A stretch of DNA of 59,811 bases, the filler included. It is 4 parts of 4 records of this genome, joined end to end, with 100 filler letters (N's around TTAATTAATTAA, not from the genome) between each part and the next. Parts side by side here need not be neighbours in the genome. Positions count along the whole stretch, not along the records: positions 32,521 to 45,936 come from SRR20825006_3006; positions 46,037 to 59,811 come from SRR20825006_3015; 2 more parts are not named here. One strand, written 5' to 3'. Of this stretch, positions 38,237-47,875 are shown piece after piece (within the stretch, counting starts at the first letter, position 1; each line of letters starts with the position of its first letter). Below the pieces are notes generated by a model, which ran no database searches, was not told the DNA's origin, and saw nothing but the letters and a program-made list of their open reading frames with translations. Made by a program: the position numbers and the translations under genes.

Positions 38237-39994
38237 ATGGTCGCTCACGACCCTGACAGGACGGCCGCCCCTGCTAAAGTGCAGGGGCGGCTTTTTTCTG
38301 CCCAGCCTCTGCTCATGGAGCTGTTACAGGATGCCGGATTGCCCGCTCCCGTGGCAAACATCGGCATGGAACTCTCCACGGTCTTGCGTGACGCGCCCTT
38401 GGATGACGCCGCGCTTTTGAACCGGGCGCGCGATGCGATGGATTGGCTGGTCAAACTTGAATTGTGCAAATTCCCGGTCGCTCAAGAGAAAGTATCACAT
38501 CCGAATGCACCATATGTGCTGGTTATAGATCAGGCCGACCCAGTCCTCGCTAGGGCCGATTTTCAGGAAATGTTGGTGTTTGCCCAGACCGAACATTTGA
38601 ACAGCCACGTTGTGATCTTGCCTTGCGAAAATGGCGTGGCGCAGCCCGACATGGCAAGTGAGCGGATCACCCTTGCCGATCCCAAAAGCAACCCTTGGGT
38701 GCTTTTCGCCTCCGCCACCGCCGTTTACACCCACAGTTCCGGCCTTGGCTTTGACGCCATTTTCGCTGGTCACCGCCCGCGCGTCTTTGGCCAGCCGTGG
38801 TATGGCGGCCTTGATCTCACCCATGATGAGGCTCCCGATCCGCATCAACATCGCCGCCTCACCCGCGCCCAAGCCTTTGCCGCCGCGATGTTGATCACTC
38901 CAAACTGGCAAAATCGCCATGGCACACCTTGTGCTTTTGAGGACATCCTCGCCCATCTCGAAGCCACAGGGCGCGCCCGTCGCGAGGATGCCAACGGCTA
39001 TGTCGCCAGTCATATTTTACGCTGGAAACGTCCGTTTCTGCGTCAATATTTCGGCTCAAACGGCGTCCATTTCACCGATGAGCCAGAACGCATCGCCGCC
39101 CATCTCGCCCAAGGCCGAAAACATCTGGCTTGGGGCGCTGATCCCAAAGCGGCACTACGGCTGGAGGACGGGTTCCTCCGCTCACGTGGTCTTGGTGCGG
39201 CTCTCGTGCGGCCCGTGTCGTTGATTTTGGATGATCAAGGTCTGTACTTTGACCCCACACGCCCCTCGCGTCTCGAAACTCTGATCTCTGCGCGCACCAC
39301 TCTTTCTACCAGTGCGGCGCATCGCATTGAACGGTTTCTCACCCGGCTCAAAGCGCTGAATCTCAGTAAATACAACGTCGGCACGGGGGCCCCCGCCCTG
39401 CCCGAAGGTCACCGCATTCTCGTCGCCGGGCAGGTCGAAGATGATGCCTCCGTCAGCCTTGGCGCGGGCGAGATTTGCACCAACCGCGCCCTGCTTTTGG
39501 CGGCGCGCACGGCGCATCCGAGCGCTGTGATCGTCTACAAACCGCACCCCGATGTCGAGGCGGGCCTACGGCGCGGCAAAGTGGCGGATGCCGATGCAAT
39601 CGCCGATGTGGTGGCGCAGTCTGCCGATCCCTTATCGCTGATTGAGGCCTGTGATGAGATCTGGACCATGACTTCGTTGATCGGGTTTGAGGCGCTGTTA
39701 CGCGGTACTCCTGTGACCTGCACCGGCGCGCCGTTTTATGCTGGATGGGGTCTAACGCGTGACCTTGGCAACACGCCCGCTCGACGCGCCGCGCGCCCGT
39801 CGCTCAACGCCCTCGCCCATGCGGTTCTGATTGACTATCCGCGTTACTTTGATCCCAAAACCGGGGCGGCCATTGCACCGGAAGAGGCCTTGGAGTTTTT
39901 GGCAAAAGCGCCCCAAGGCCGCAGCCGTTTGGTGCAAGCCATGCTGGCCAAGCTGCGCCAATTGCGCGCCGCGACCCTTGGCTTTAATCGGTAG
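38237..39994 (+). CDS. kpsC: KpsC-like capsular polysaccharide protein (N-terminal module degenerate)
   Basis: C-terminal module EDGFLRSRGLG, GQVEDDAS, YKPHPD, PFYAGWGLT. Confidence 0.8.
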   Translation: MVAHDPDRTAAPAKVQGRLFSAQPLLMELLQDAGLPAPVANIGMELSTVLRDAPLDDAALLNRARDAMDWLVKLELCKFPVAQEKVSHPNAPYVLVIDQADPVLARADFQEMLVFAQTEHLNSHVVILPCENGVAQPDMASERITLADPKSNPWVLFASATAVYTHSSGLGFDAIFAGHRPRVFGQPWYGGLDLTHDEAPDPHQHRRLTRAQAFAAAMLITPNWQNRHGTPCAFEDILAHLEATGRARREDANGYVASHILRWKRPFLRQYFGSNGVHFTDEPERIAAHLAQGRKHLAWGADPKAALRLEDGFLRSRGLGAALVRPVSLILDDQGLYFDPTRPSRLETLISARTTLSTSAAHRIERFLTRLKALNLSKYNVGTGAPALPEGHRILVAGQVEDDASVSLGAGEICTNRALLLAARTAHPSAVIVYKPHPDVEAGLRRGKVADADAIADVVAQSADPLSLIEACDEIWTMTSLIGFEALLRGTPVTCTGAPFYAGWGLTRDLGNTPARRAARPSLNALAHAVLIDYPRYFDPKTGAAIAPEEALEFLAKAPQGRSRLVQAMLAKLRQLRAATLGFNR

Positions 39995-41084
39995 GTTGCG
40001 CGCGTTTCCAATGACTTAACGCATCTGGACCGATCTGCTCAACGCGCTGCAATGCGTAGCGTGGTGCCTGTCGCAATCGGTCAATCCCAAGCGCACCTAG
40101 CCCCGGCATCCCTTCCGCGCCAATCGCAAGCCCAGCGGTAAACAGTGCCACATGATCGGGCAAATGCGCGCCCATCAACGAGGCCGCCAATGCCCCGCCG
40201 CCTTCGCAAAACACCCGCGTTAAACCGCGCGCGCCAAGCGCCTCAAGGCTCGCTTTGGGATCGAGCTGACCATAGACCACGGGGGCCTCGATCAGCTCCG
40301 CGCCGAGCCCGGCCCAGACAGATTTCAGCTCGGGTGAGACATCGGGGCCATGGACGATCCAAACCGGCACCTCCTGCGCCGTGCGCGCCAGTTGCCCGCT
40401 CAAAGGCAGATCAAGACGACGCGACATCACCACGCGCACAGGTTGATGCGACACGCCAAGACCACGCACCGTCAGGCTTGGATCATCGGCGCGGGCCGTG
40501 CCCGCGCCGACCAAAACCGCATCATGAGTGGCGCGCATCGCATGGACACGCCGCCGCGCCAAGGGGCCGGTGATCCATTGGCTTTCACCCGTCGCCGTCG
40601 CAATCCGACCGTCCCACGAGAGTGCAAGTTTCAGTGTCACCATCGGACGGCCCAAAATCACCTTGGACAGGAAACCTTCTTGCGCCGCGCGGGCTTCCGC
40701 TTCGCAGACACCCGTGGTTAATTTTATCCCCGCACTTTGCAAAAGCGCAAAGCCGCGCCCATTCACCCGTGGGTCCGGGTCGCCCAGGGCCACGACCACG
40801 CGGGTGATGCCCGCCGCAATCAGAGCCTCAGCACAGGGCGGGGTTTTGCCATGGTGAGAACAGGGCTCAAGCGTGACATAGGCCGTGGCCCCACGCGCCG
40901 CATCGCCCGCTTGCGCCAAAGCCATGGTTTCGGCGTGGGGACGACCGCCGGGCTGGGTCCACCCCCGCCCAACGACCCGGCTTTCGCGCATGATCACACA
41001 GCCAACAGCCGGGTTTGGCCAAGTGCGGCCAAGCCCGCGCGCTGCCAGAGAGAGCGCGTGCCGCATGGGTCCGACATCGGGCAT
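39984..41084 (-). CDS. ribD: Bifunctional riboflavin deaminase/reductase
   Basis: PNPAVGC, HAE, TLEPCSHHGKTPPC, SQWITG, EGGG. Confidence 0.96.
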   Translation of the reverse strand: MPDVGPMRHALSLAARGLGRTWPNPAVGCVIMRESRVVGRGWTQPGGRPHAETMALAQAGDAARGATAYVTLEPCSHHGKTPPCAEALIAAGITRVVVALGDPDPRVNGRGFALLQSAGIKLTTGVCEAEARAAQEGFLSKVILGRPMVTLKLALSWDGRIATATGESQWITGPLARRRVHAMRATHDAVLVGAGTARADDPSLTVRGLGVSHQPVRVVMSRRLDLPLSGQLARTAQEVPVWIVHGPDVSPELKSVWAGLGAELIEAPVVYGQLDPKASLEALGARGLTRVFCEGGGALAASLMGAHLPDHVALFTAGLAIGAEGMPGLGALGIDRLRQAPRYALQRVEQIGPDALSHWKRAQPTD

Positions 41085-41090
41085 AGGGGC

Positions 41091-41558
41091 TTACTCGTCG
41101 TGCTTGCCTTCCGGGCGCAACTCACTGACAAATTTGTCAAAATCGTCTGCGGCCTGGAAGTTTTTGTAAACCGACGCAAAGCGCACATAGGCCACGGTAT
41201 CAATCCGCGCGAGGCTTTCCATCACGATCTCACCGATGGTTTTCGATGGGATATCCGTCTCGCCCAGGCTCTCAAGACGCCGCACGATGCCAGAGATCAT
41301 CTGATCCAGACGCTCCGGTTCAATCGGGCGTTTTTGCGCGGCGATCCGGATCGAGCGTTCGAGTTTATCACGATCAAAATCCTCGCGGCGACCATTGGTT
41401 TTCACCACCACCAGATCGCGCAGTTGCACGCGTTCATAGGTGGTAAACCGACCGCCACAGGCCGAACAAAACCGTCGCCGCCGAATGGCGACATGGTCCT
41501 CAGCCGGACGGCTGTCTTTCACTTGGGTATCTACATTTCCGCAAAATGGACAACGCAT
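41091..41558 (-). CDS. nrdR: Ribonucleotide reductase repressor
   Basis: [27 protein letters not shown] cone, [10 protein letters not shown]. Confidence 0.97.
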   Translation of the reverse strand: MRCPFCGNVDTQVKDSRPAEDHVAIRRRRFCSACGGRFTTYERVQLRDLVVVKTNGRREDFDRDKLERSIRIAAQKRPIEPERLDQMISGIVRRLESLGETDIPSKTIGEIVMESLARIDTVAYVRFASVYKNFQAADDFDKFVSELRPEGKHDE

Positions 41559-41611
41559 GTCGCGTCCCCTCTTCTGTTCACTGCCTCGTTGTTGTGGGGT
41601 CTTTGCCCCAC

Positions 41612-41681
41612 TTATCCACAGGCACTATAGGGGGAAGCCTAGAATTTGGGTAGATCAAATTTTAACCACGACATGTGGTAG
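41612..41681. promoter_or_regulatory. DnaA box plus two NrdR-box-like sites upstream of nrdR
   Basis: TTATCCACA at 41612-41620; AGCCTAGAATTTGGGT at 41636-41651; CCACGACATGTGGTAG at 41666-41681. Confidence 0.55.
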
Positions 41682-41691
41682 CGACATTCAT

Positions 41692-42111
41692 TTAGCGCAG
41701 CAAGGCCACAAGCTTGCGCAGATGCGGACGCGCGCGATGTTCGAAAAGGTAAAGCCCTTGCCATGTGCCAAGGGTCATTCGCCCCGAGATGACAGGTATT
41801 GTGATCGTTGTCGGCAGCAAGGCGGATTTGATATGGGCCGGCATATCGTCCGGCCCCTCATAGGTATGGGTCAAATAGGCCATGGCGGGGTCCGTCGTAG
41901 GCGGCACCAGCCGGTGAAAAAATGCGGCAAGATCGGTTTGCACCTCGGGGTCGGCGTTTTCCTGGATCACGAGGGAGGCGGAGGTGTGTTGGACCATCAG
42001 AGTCAGCGCCGCCTCCATCGGTCCCTCCCCCGCGACCCAGCGCGCCACATCTGCGGTGATCTCATACAGCCCTGGCCCGTGGGTTGGAATTTCGAACAGG
42101 TGGTGGCTCAT
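41692..42111 (-). CDS. yjbQ: YjbQ/UPF0047 family protein
   Basis: HTSASLVIQENADP, DDMPAHIK, LGTWQGLYLFEHR. Confidence 0.92.
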   Translation of the reverse strand: MSHHLFEIPTHGPGLYEITADVARWVAGEGPMEAALTLMVQHTSASLVIQENADPEVQTDLAAFFHRLVPPTTDPAMAYLTHTYEGPDDMPAHIKSALLPTTITIPVISGRMTLGTWQGLYLFEHRARPHLRKLVALLR

Positions 42112-42596
42112 TCACAGGCCTCCTGCCAGATGAAATCCTCATAGTTCCAGCAATAGCCCGCGGCTTCATAAGCGTCCGAAAAGCTGAACACCGCGTAATT
42201 TATACTGTCGGGGAGACACTCAAGCCGGGCGAGTTCGTCCTCGCCCTGTTCAACGATCAGCCCGGCGGACAGCTCATGTTCCTCGCTCATCCGATCCAGC
42301 GCGCCCCACAGGCGATAGGTCACCGCGCCGTTGTGCAGGCTGAGATCCTCCCAAATTGAGCGGCCGACACCGGGCCAAGGCGTGAAGTCGATCTGATCGT
42401 ATAGGCGATGCAGGGTCAACTCCGGCGTCTGACCGGGGCGGCCAAAACGGTAAACCACGCCCGTCTCATCGGTTTCAAGCACCACCGTTTTGCCATTTGC
42501 AAAGGTGCATTGAAACAGCGGCTCCGCCTGAGCGACAGCGTCAAAAGGCATCGCACACAAGGGCAACACACCTAACCCAATCGAAAATCGCACCAT
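42108..42596 (-). CDS. Secreted hypothetical protein
   Basis: Signal peptide (AQA-like cleavage), YRFGRPG..PEL; ATGA-coupled to yjbQ. Confidence 0.75.
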   Translation of the reverse strand: MVRFSIGLGVLPLCAMPFDAVAQAEPLFQCTFANGKTVVLETDETGVVYRFGRPGQTPELTLHRLYDQIDFTPWPGVGRSIWEDLSLHNGAVTYRLWGALDRMSEEHELSAGLIVEQGEDELARLECLPDSINYAVFSFSDAYEAAGYCWNYEDFIWQEACE

Positions 42597-42670
42597 CTTG
42601 GCCCCTTACACAAACCTGTTCGCGGCAAATCTAACCGCGTGGGCCGCGAATGGAAATGGGCGCTCTCGCG

Positions 42671-42931
42671 CTATTGCGCCACGCAGGTCACGGTTGGCCC
42701 CGCAGCATCCGATGAGAGCGTGGCACTGACCACCGTGGCGGCATGGACAGGGGCGAAAAACACAGATTCGAGCGTTGCGACACAGCGGTCGAGGTCTTCG
42801 GGCAGCACGGTGATGACAATGGTCTCAGGGTCGGCAAGTGCCGGCGTTTGCGCCGTCCCATCGGTCATGGCAAGCGCGGCCCCGGCAACGATCAGGGTCA
42901 TGGCAATCAAGGCTTTGGTCGTCCAGGACAT
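42671..42931 (-). CDS. Small secreted hypothetical protein
   Basis: Signal peptide ending ALA, two Cys; RBS GGGAGAG. Confidence 0.65.
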   Translation of the reverse strand: MSWTTKALIAMTLIVAGAALAMTDGTAQTPALADPETIVITVLPEDLDRCVATLESVFFAPVHAATVVSATLSSDAAGPTVTCVAQ

Positions 42932-43021
42932 GACAGCTCTCCCGTGGATCTATACAGAGGAAACGCTTCAAAGGTTAATTCGGATTAAACGCCGCCACAG
43001 CTTTTTGTGGATAACTAGATT

Positions 43022-43417
43022 TTACCCCTCGGACGCCGTGAAACGATCCCGCGCCGCCGCAATATCAGGCATGTTGTGCCCTGCCCAATCTATCATCGCA
43101 TGCAGCGGCATCAGGAAAGAGCGGCCAAGATCGGTCAGGCTATAGGCGACGCTCGGCGGTTTGGTGTCGAACACCTCACGACGCACCAGCCCGTCACGTT
43201 CGAGATCGCGCAGGCTTTGCGTCAGCATCCGTTTGGAAATATCCGGCAAGGCCCGCCCCAGCGCATTGAACCGCTGTGCACCATTCTCCAGTTCCAGCAA
43301 AATCAGTGTCGTCCATTTGGCCGCCAGATGATCCAACACCTGCCGCACCGGGCAGTTTTTCGGGTCAAACCCGTCGGCTTTCCATTGCTCTATCCGGCTT
43401 TGGGCGCTGTCACGCAT
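43022..43417 (-). CDS. HxlR/QorR-family winged-helix regulator
   Basis: [39 protein letters not shown]. Confidence 0.92.
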   Translation of the reverse strand: MRDSAQSRIEQWKADGFDPKNCPVRQVLDHLAAKWTTLILLELENGAQRFNALGRALPDISKRMLTQSLRDLERDGLVRREVFDTKPPSVAYSLTDLGRSFLMPLHAMIDWAGHNMPDIAAARDRFTASEG

Positions 43418-43529
43418 CTGATGTGGTTCCCTCTGTGTGCCCTGGGACTGAAAAAGTGCCTCCTTTTCACGTCCGACATAAGTCTCTAGGTGAGACCTAT
43501 ACTCATTTCCGCACTGAAAGGGAAGACAC

Positions 43530-44381
43530 ATGACAACCTATCTCGTCACCGGCGCCTCCGGCCAATTGGGTCAACGCGTCATCGACGCCCTCGCCGCCCG
43601 CGTTGCCAAAAGCGACATCATCGCCTTGGTGCGCTCGGAGAAAGCCGCAGAAGACTATGCCGCCAAAGGCATCGCCACCCGCTTTGGCGACTACACCGAC
43701 AAAGCCAAGCTCGAGGCGGCCTTTGCCGGGGTGGATCGCCTGCTTTTGATCTCCTCTTCCGAAATTGGTCAACGCGCCGCGCAGCATGGCAATGTCATCG
43801 CAGCGGCCAAGGCGGCGGGCGTGTCCTTCATCGCTTACACCTCGATCCTGAATGCCCAAGACAGCGCCATGGCGCTGGCCGAAGAGCACAAAGCCACCGA
43901 AGATATGTTGGCTGCCTCGGGCATTGCCCACACGCTGTTGCGCAATGGCTGGTATTCCGAAAACATCACCATGACTCTGGACCAAGACCTTGAATTAGGA
44001 CAACATTTTGGGGCGGCTGGCGCGGGTAAACTCGCCACCGCCACGCGTCAGGATTACGCAGATGCGGCGGCTGTTGTCTTGGCCGGGGGCCATGATGGGG
44101 AGGTGTTGGAGCTTGCCGGCGATGAGGGCTACACGCTGGCAGACTATGCCGCGCTTGTCTCTGAGCTGTCCGGCAAAGCAGTCACCTATACCGACATGCC
44201 AGAGGCGGCATTCACCGAAGCGCTCGTCGGCGCAGGCCTGCCCGCAGGGTTTGCCGCGATCTTGGCGGATTCGGACGCGAAAGCGGCTGAGGGCGCGTTG
44301 TTTGACGACAGCAAGACGCTCTCAAAGCTGATCGGTCACCCGACCGAACCGATTGCCAAGACGATCAAAGCCGCGCTCTGA
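43530..44381 (+). CDS. NAD(P)H:quinone oxidoreductase, QorB/YtfG-like
   Basis: [26 protein letters not shown]; divergent from the HxlR-family gene. Confidence 0.88.
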   Translation: MTTYLVTGASGQLGQRVIDALAARVAKSDIIALVRSEKAAEDYAAKGIATRFGDYTDKAKLEAAFAGVDRLLLISSSEIGQRAAQHGNVIAAAKAAGVSFIAYTSILNAQDSAMALAEEHKATEDMLAASGIAHTLLRNGWYSENITMTLDQDLELGQHFGAAGAGKLATATRQDYADAAAVVLAGGHDGEVLELAGDEGYTLADYAALVSELSGKAVTYTDMPEAAFTEALVGAGLPAGFAAILADSDAKAAEGALFDDSKTLSKLIGHPTEPIAKTIKAAL

Positions 44382-44394
44382 TCCTATGCCTTAA

Positions 44395-44420
44395 GACCCT
44401 GACCGGAGGCGGTCGGGGTC
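44395..44420. terminator. Hairpin between convergent genes
   Basis: GACCCTGACCG-GAGG-CGGTCGGGGTC. Confidence 0.55.
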
Positions 44421-44721
44421 ACATCCGGGAGTCGTCAAAAATCGCGTCGCCCATCTGGTCGATAAAGATTTGCGCCTTGCGCAGGCTTTCCCGACGCGCA
44501 TCGTCAATGTCACTCATCGTATCGGCGCGGATCATCATATGCACGCGGGTCTCGCCACCAAAATCCTTTTCGATCCGTGCCGCAATGCGATAGCCGCTCT
44601 CCGCCTTCATCGGTTCGGGAAAGATGCGGTAGTCCTGGCCGTAAAGCTCGGGCTTGGCGGTGGATTGCGGGGCGGCATCGGGTTTTGACGGGCCGCCGAA
44701 GAGTTTCGAGAAAAGGGACAT
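44419..44721 (-). CDS. Small conserved protein (alphaproteobacterial 'HlyU' family)
   Basis: MSLFSKLFGG, YRIAARIEK, IRADT, IDQMG; RBS AGGAGG. Confidence 0.8.
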   Translation of the reverse strand: MSLFSKLFGGPSKPDAAPQSTAKPELYGQDYRIFPEPMKAESGYRIAARIEKDFGGETRVHMMIRADTMSDIDDARRESLRKAQIFIDQMGDAIFDDSRM

Positions 44722-44824
44722 GCGGGCCTCCTGTTTGAGAGGCAGTTTGACGGGCGGCGACGGGGAGTGCAAGCCGCGCTTCGCCTGACCGGGGGCTGGC
44801 GAATAGCAGAAGGATCGCAGGCAT

Positions 44825-45334
44825 TTAACGCCCAGATGAACAAAGCGTATCTACCAAAGATTGGATAGTAGACCAGTTAGCAACTAATGCAGCCAATCCT
44901 GTCGCCCAGAAGCTCACTTTCCATAGTAAGGCGCGATCGGAGACTTTTCCGAGAAATAATTTCTCCCAAGCAAACGCCTCTCGGAATTTTGCGTCACTTG
45001 TTCCATAGAAGTGCTTTTGGCTATGTTGATATTGTCCTCCATCAGCATTTTCGGCTCCCAATTCTCTTTCAAATTCAATCAGTTTGACTCGCAATATCGA
45101 GCGAACCTTACTCAACAATTCAAGGCGCACCAACACAAAGAATGAAATGATTGTCGGAACAAAAAATATCAGATCATTGAGACCTGTAACTTTTTGAAAA
45201 GCAAAAGCGTAAATCGCACCAATTACAGCAACAAAAAATTGCTCAAGTCTGTCAGTGCGTGAGTGTATCTCAAGAACTTCCTGAGACATCATTTCATACT
45301 GCTTCAATATAAATTCTTGTTCTTTCTTAACCAT
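44825..45334 (-). CDS. AT-rich orphan membrane protein
   Basis: 169-aa ORF with three hydrophobic segments; visibly lower GC than flanks; RBS GAGG. Confidence 0.75.
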   Translation of the reverse strand: MVKKEQEFILKQYEMMSQEVLEIHSRTDRLEQFFVAVIGAIYAFAFQKVTGLNDLIFFVPTIISFFVLVRLELLSKVRSILRVKLIEFERELGAENADGGQYQHSQKHFYGTSDAKFREAFAWEKLFLGKVSDRALLWKVSFWATGLAALVANWSTIQSLVDTLCSSGR

Positions 45335-45354
45335 TCAACCTCGCCAAAGTGAAC

Positions 45355-45374
45355 CGCCCCCCTTTCGGGAGGCG
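45355..45374 (-). terminator. Hairpin downstream of rpoD
   Basis: Minus strand CGCCTCCC-GAAA-GGGGGGCG, weak U tract. Confidence 0.55.
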
Positions 45375-45383
45375 CCTCTAACT

Positions 45384-45936
45384 TTACTGATCCAAGAACG
45401 ACCGCAGTTTGCGCGACCGGCTTGGGTGTTTCAGCTTCCGCAGAGCTTTCGCTTCGATCTGACGGATGCGTTCGCGGGTGACCGAGAACTGTTGGCCGAC
45501 TTCTTCCAACGTGTGGTCGGTGTTCATCCCGATGCCAAAGCGCATCCGCAGGACGCGTTCTTCGCGCGGGGTGAGCGAGGCCAGCACGCGGGTGGTGGTC
45601 TCTTTCAGGTTTTCCTGAATGGCCGCGTCCAGTGGCAGGATCGCGTTTTTGTCCTCGATGAAGTCGCCGAGTTGGCTGTCTTCCTCGTCGCCAATCGGGG
45701 TTTCCAAAGAGATCGGCTCTTTGGCGATTTTCATCACCTTGCGGACTTTTTCCAAAGGCATTTGCAGCTTTTCTGCCAATTCCTCAGGTGTCGGTTCGCG
45801 GCCGATTTCGTGGAGCATCTGACGCCCGGTGCGCACGAGTTTGTTGATCGTTTCGATCATGTGCACAGGGATACGGATGGTGCGGGCCTGATCGGCGATC
45901 GAGCGGGTGATCGCCTGACGGATCCACCAGGTCGCA
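45384..45936 (-). CDS. rpoD: RNA polymerase sigma-70, 3' part
   Basis: [59 protein letters not shown]. Confidence 0.97.
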
Positions 45937-46036
45937 NNNNNNNNNNNNNNNNNNNNNNNNNNNNNNNNNNNNNNNNNNNNTTAATTAATTAANNNNNNNN
46001 NNNNNNNNNNNNNNNNNNNNNNNNNNNNNNNNNNNN
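45937..46036. other. Artificial contig spacer
   Basis: N44-TTAATTAATTAA-N44. Confidence 0.98.
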
Positions 46037-46037
46037 C

Positions 46038-46700
46038 CCGACCAAGGACTGGAAGGAAATCCAGCTCGGCAAACGCTGGCAGGGTGGTGAAACCCTGATT
46101 TCGTCAATCGGTCAGGGATACGTTCTGGCAACGCCATTGCAACTCGCGACCATGGTTGCACGCATCGCATCGGGCAAGGCTGTTAAGCCGCATCTGACAC
46201 GCGATCATGTCACCGCAGAAGGCATCACCAGCCGGGCGAATGAAGAATTCCCCGAACTTCAGGTCAACCGTGCCCATCTGGCGCGTATTCGCGACGGCAT
46301 GAATGGTGTCACCAACGAATTGCGCGGCACGGCACATCGGTCGCGGATTGATATCAAGGGCATGGAGATGGCCGGTAAGACAGGCACCAGTCAGGTCCGC
46401 CGCATTACCATGCGCGAACGCCAAACCACCGGGGTTCTTGATAACAATGATCTGCCGTGGAAATACCGCGATCATGCGCTGTTTGTTGCCTTTGCACCGG
46501 TCGACAATCCCCGCTATGCCTGCGCGGTTGTTGTGGATCACGGTGGATCCGGTTCAGGCATCGCTGCACCGATTGCACGTGACATTCTGATCAAGGCGCA
46601 GGAACTGAAATCTGCACGCCCGGGCATATCGGCGGCCAACATTCAATCCACCGCGCAATTATCGCACCCGTCACAGACAGACCGCGAAGAAGAAGGCTAG
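46038..46700 (+). CDS. mrdA: Penicillin-binding protein 2, 3' part
   Basis: IGQGYVLATPLQLA, AGKTGTSQV, RDHALFVAFAP; upstream of rodA. Confidence 0.93.
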   Translation, partial: PTKDWKEIQLGKRWQGGETLISSIGQGYVLATPLQLATMVARIASGKAVKPHLTRDHVTAEGITSRANEEFPELQVNRAHLARIRDGMNGVTNELRGTAHRSRIDIKGMEMAGKTGTSQVRRITMRERQTTGVLDNNDLPWKYRDHALFVAFAPVDNPRYACAVVVDHGGSGSGIAAPIARDILIKAQELKSARPGISAANIQSTAQLSHPSQTDREEEG

Positions 46701-46704
46701 AACG

Positions 46705-47868
46705 ATGGCAAGCCGCAGATATCGTATCGGCGAAGATCCGGATTACGTGCCAATCGGTCGCCGTCTTTTAATGCTTAACTGGACGTTGGTATTGCTGATT
46801 TCCACACTGGCGGGGATCGGTTTTGCCATGCTGTATTCGGCGGCCAACGGTTCGGTTGAACCATGGGCGGAACGTCAGATGATGCGTTTTGCTGTTGGCG
46901 CCATCGTGATGATTGGCATCGCGGTTACCGATGTCCGTGTCTGGTTGAAACTTGCCTATTTTTCCTATTTCGTCGCGCTGATCCTTCTGATTGGGGTTGA
47001 AATCAAGGGGGATATTGGCATGGGGGCGCAACGCTGGATCAATCTTGGTTTCTTCCAGTTGCAACCATCCGAACTGATGAAAATCTCGCTTGTGCTGGCA
47101 CTTGCGCGTTATTTCCACGGCCTGACTGTCGAAGAAGTGGGGCGCATTCCGCTTTTGATACCGCCACTTTTAATGGTTCTGGCTCCTGCGGCACTGGTGT
47201 TGCGTCAGCCTGATCTGGGTACTGCCCTATTGCTGATTGCCGGTGGCGGCGTCATCTTCTGGCTTGCCGGGGTTCGGATGTGGAAATTCGCCCTGATACT
47301 TGGCGCGGTTCTGGCAATCATTCCCATCGGCTGGCAGTTTCTGCGCGATTATCAGAAAAACCGCGTTCTGACGTTCCTGAACCCTGAAAATGATCCGCTT
47401 GGCGCGGGCTACCACATTACCCAGTCAAAGATTGCCCTTGGGTCCGGCGGCCTGTTTGGCAAGGGTTATATGCTGGGATCGCAAAGCCATCTGAATTTCC
47501 TGCCGGAAAAACAGACCGACTTTATCTTTACCATGCTGGGTGAAGAGTTCGGACTGGTTGGCGGATTGGCGTTGCTGCTGCTTTATACCATGGTAATCAT
47601 GTATGGTTATGTGATTGCGCTTCGGTGCCGCAACCAGTTCGGTCGCCTTGTCGCAATCGGGATCACCTCGACCTTTTTCCTGTATGTCTTCATCAACATC
47701 GCCATGGTGATGGGACTTATCCCTGTGGTCGGTGTTCCGTTGCCGCTGGTATCGTACGGCGGCACGGTGATGATGACCATTCTTGTCAGCTTTGGCCTTC
47801 TGATGAGTGTATCAATCCACCGCGATATACGGATTTCAAGACAGGGAAATGACGACGGCCGTCAATAG
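46705..47868 (+). CDS. rodA: Rod shape-determining SEDS glycosyltransferase
   Basis: GAQRWI, QPSELMK, QPDLGT, FLPEKQTDFIF, PLPLVSYGG. Confidence 0.96.
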   Translation: MASRRYRIGEDPDYVPIGRRLLMLNWTLVLLISTLAGIGFAMLYSAANGSVEPWAERQMMRFAVGAIVMIGIAVTDVRVWLKLAYFSYFVALILLIGVEIKGDIGMGAQRWINLGFFQLQPSELMKISLVLALARYFHGLTVEEVGRIPLLIPPLLMVLAPAALVLRQPDLGTALLLIAGGGVIFWLAGVRMWKFALILGAVLAIIPIGWQFLRDYQKNRVLTFLNPENDPLGAGYHITQSKIALGSGGLFGKGYMLGSQSHLNFLPEKQTDFIFTMLGEEFGLVGGLALLLLYTMVIMYGYVIALRCRNQFGRLVAIGITSTFFLYVFINIAMVMGLIPVVGVPLPLVSYGGTVMMTILVSFGLLMSVSIHRDIRISRQGNDDGRQ

Positions 47869-47875
47869 CCCCAAC

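Noticed and set aside
41612-43014. Replication origin suggested by two DnaA boxes
   Set aside because: Boxes are isolated, 1.4 kb apart and separated by genes; no box cluster or unwinding element
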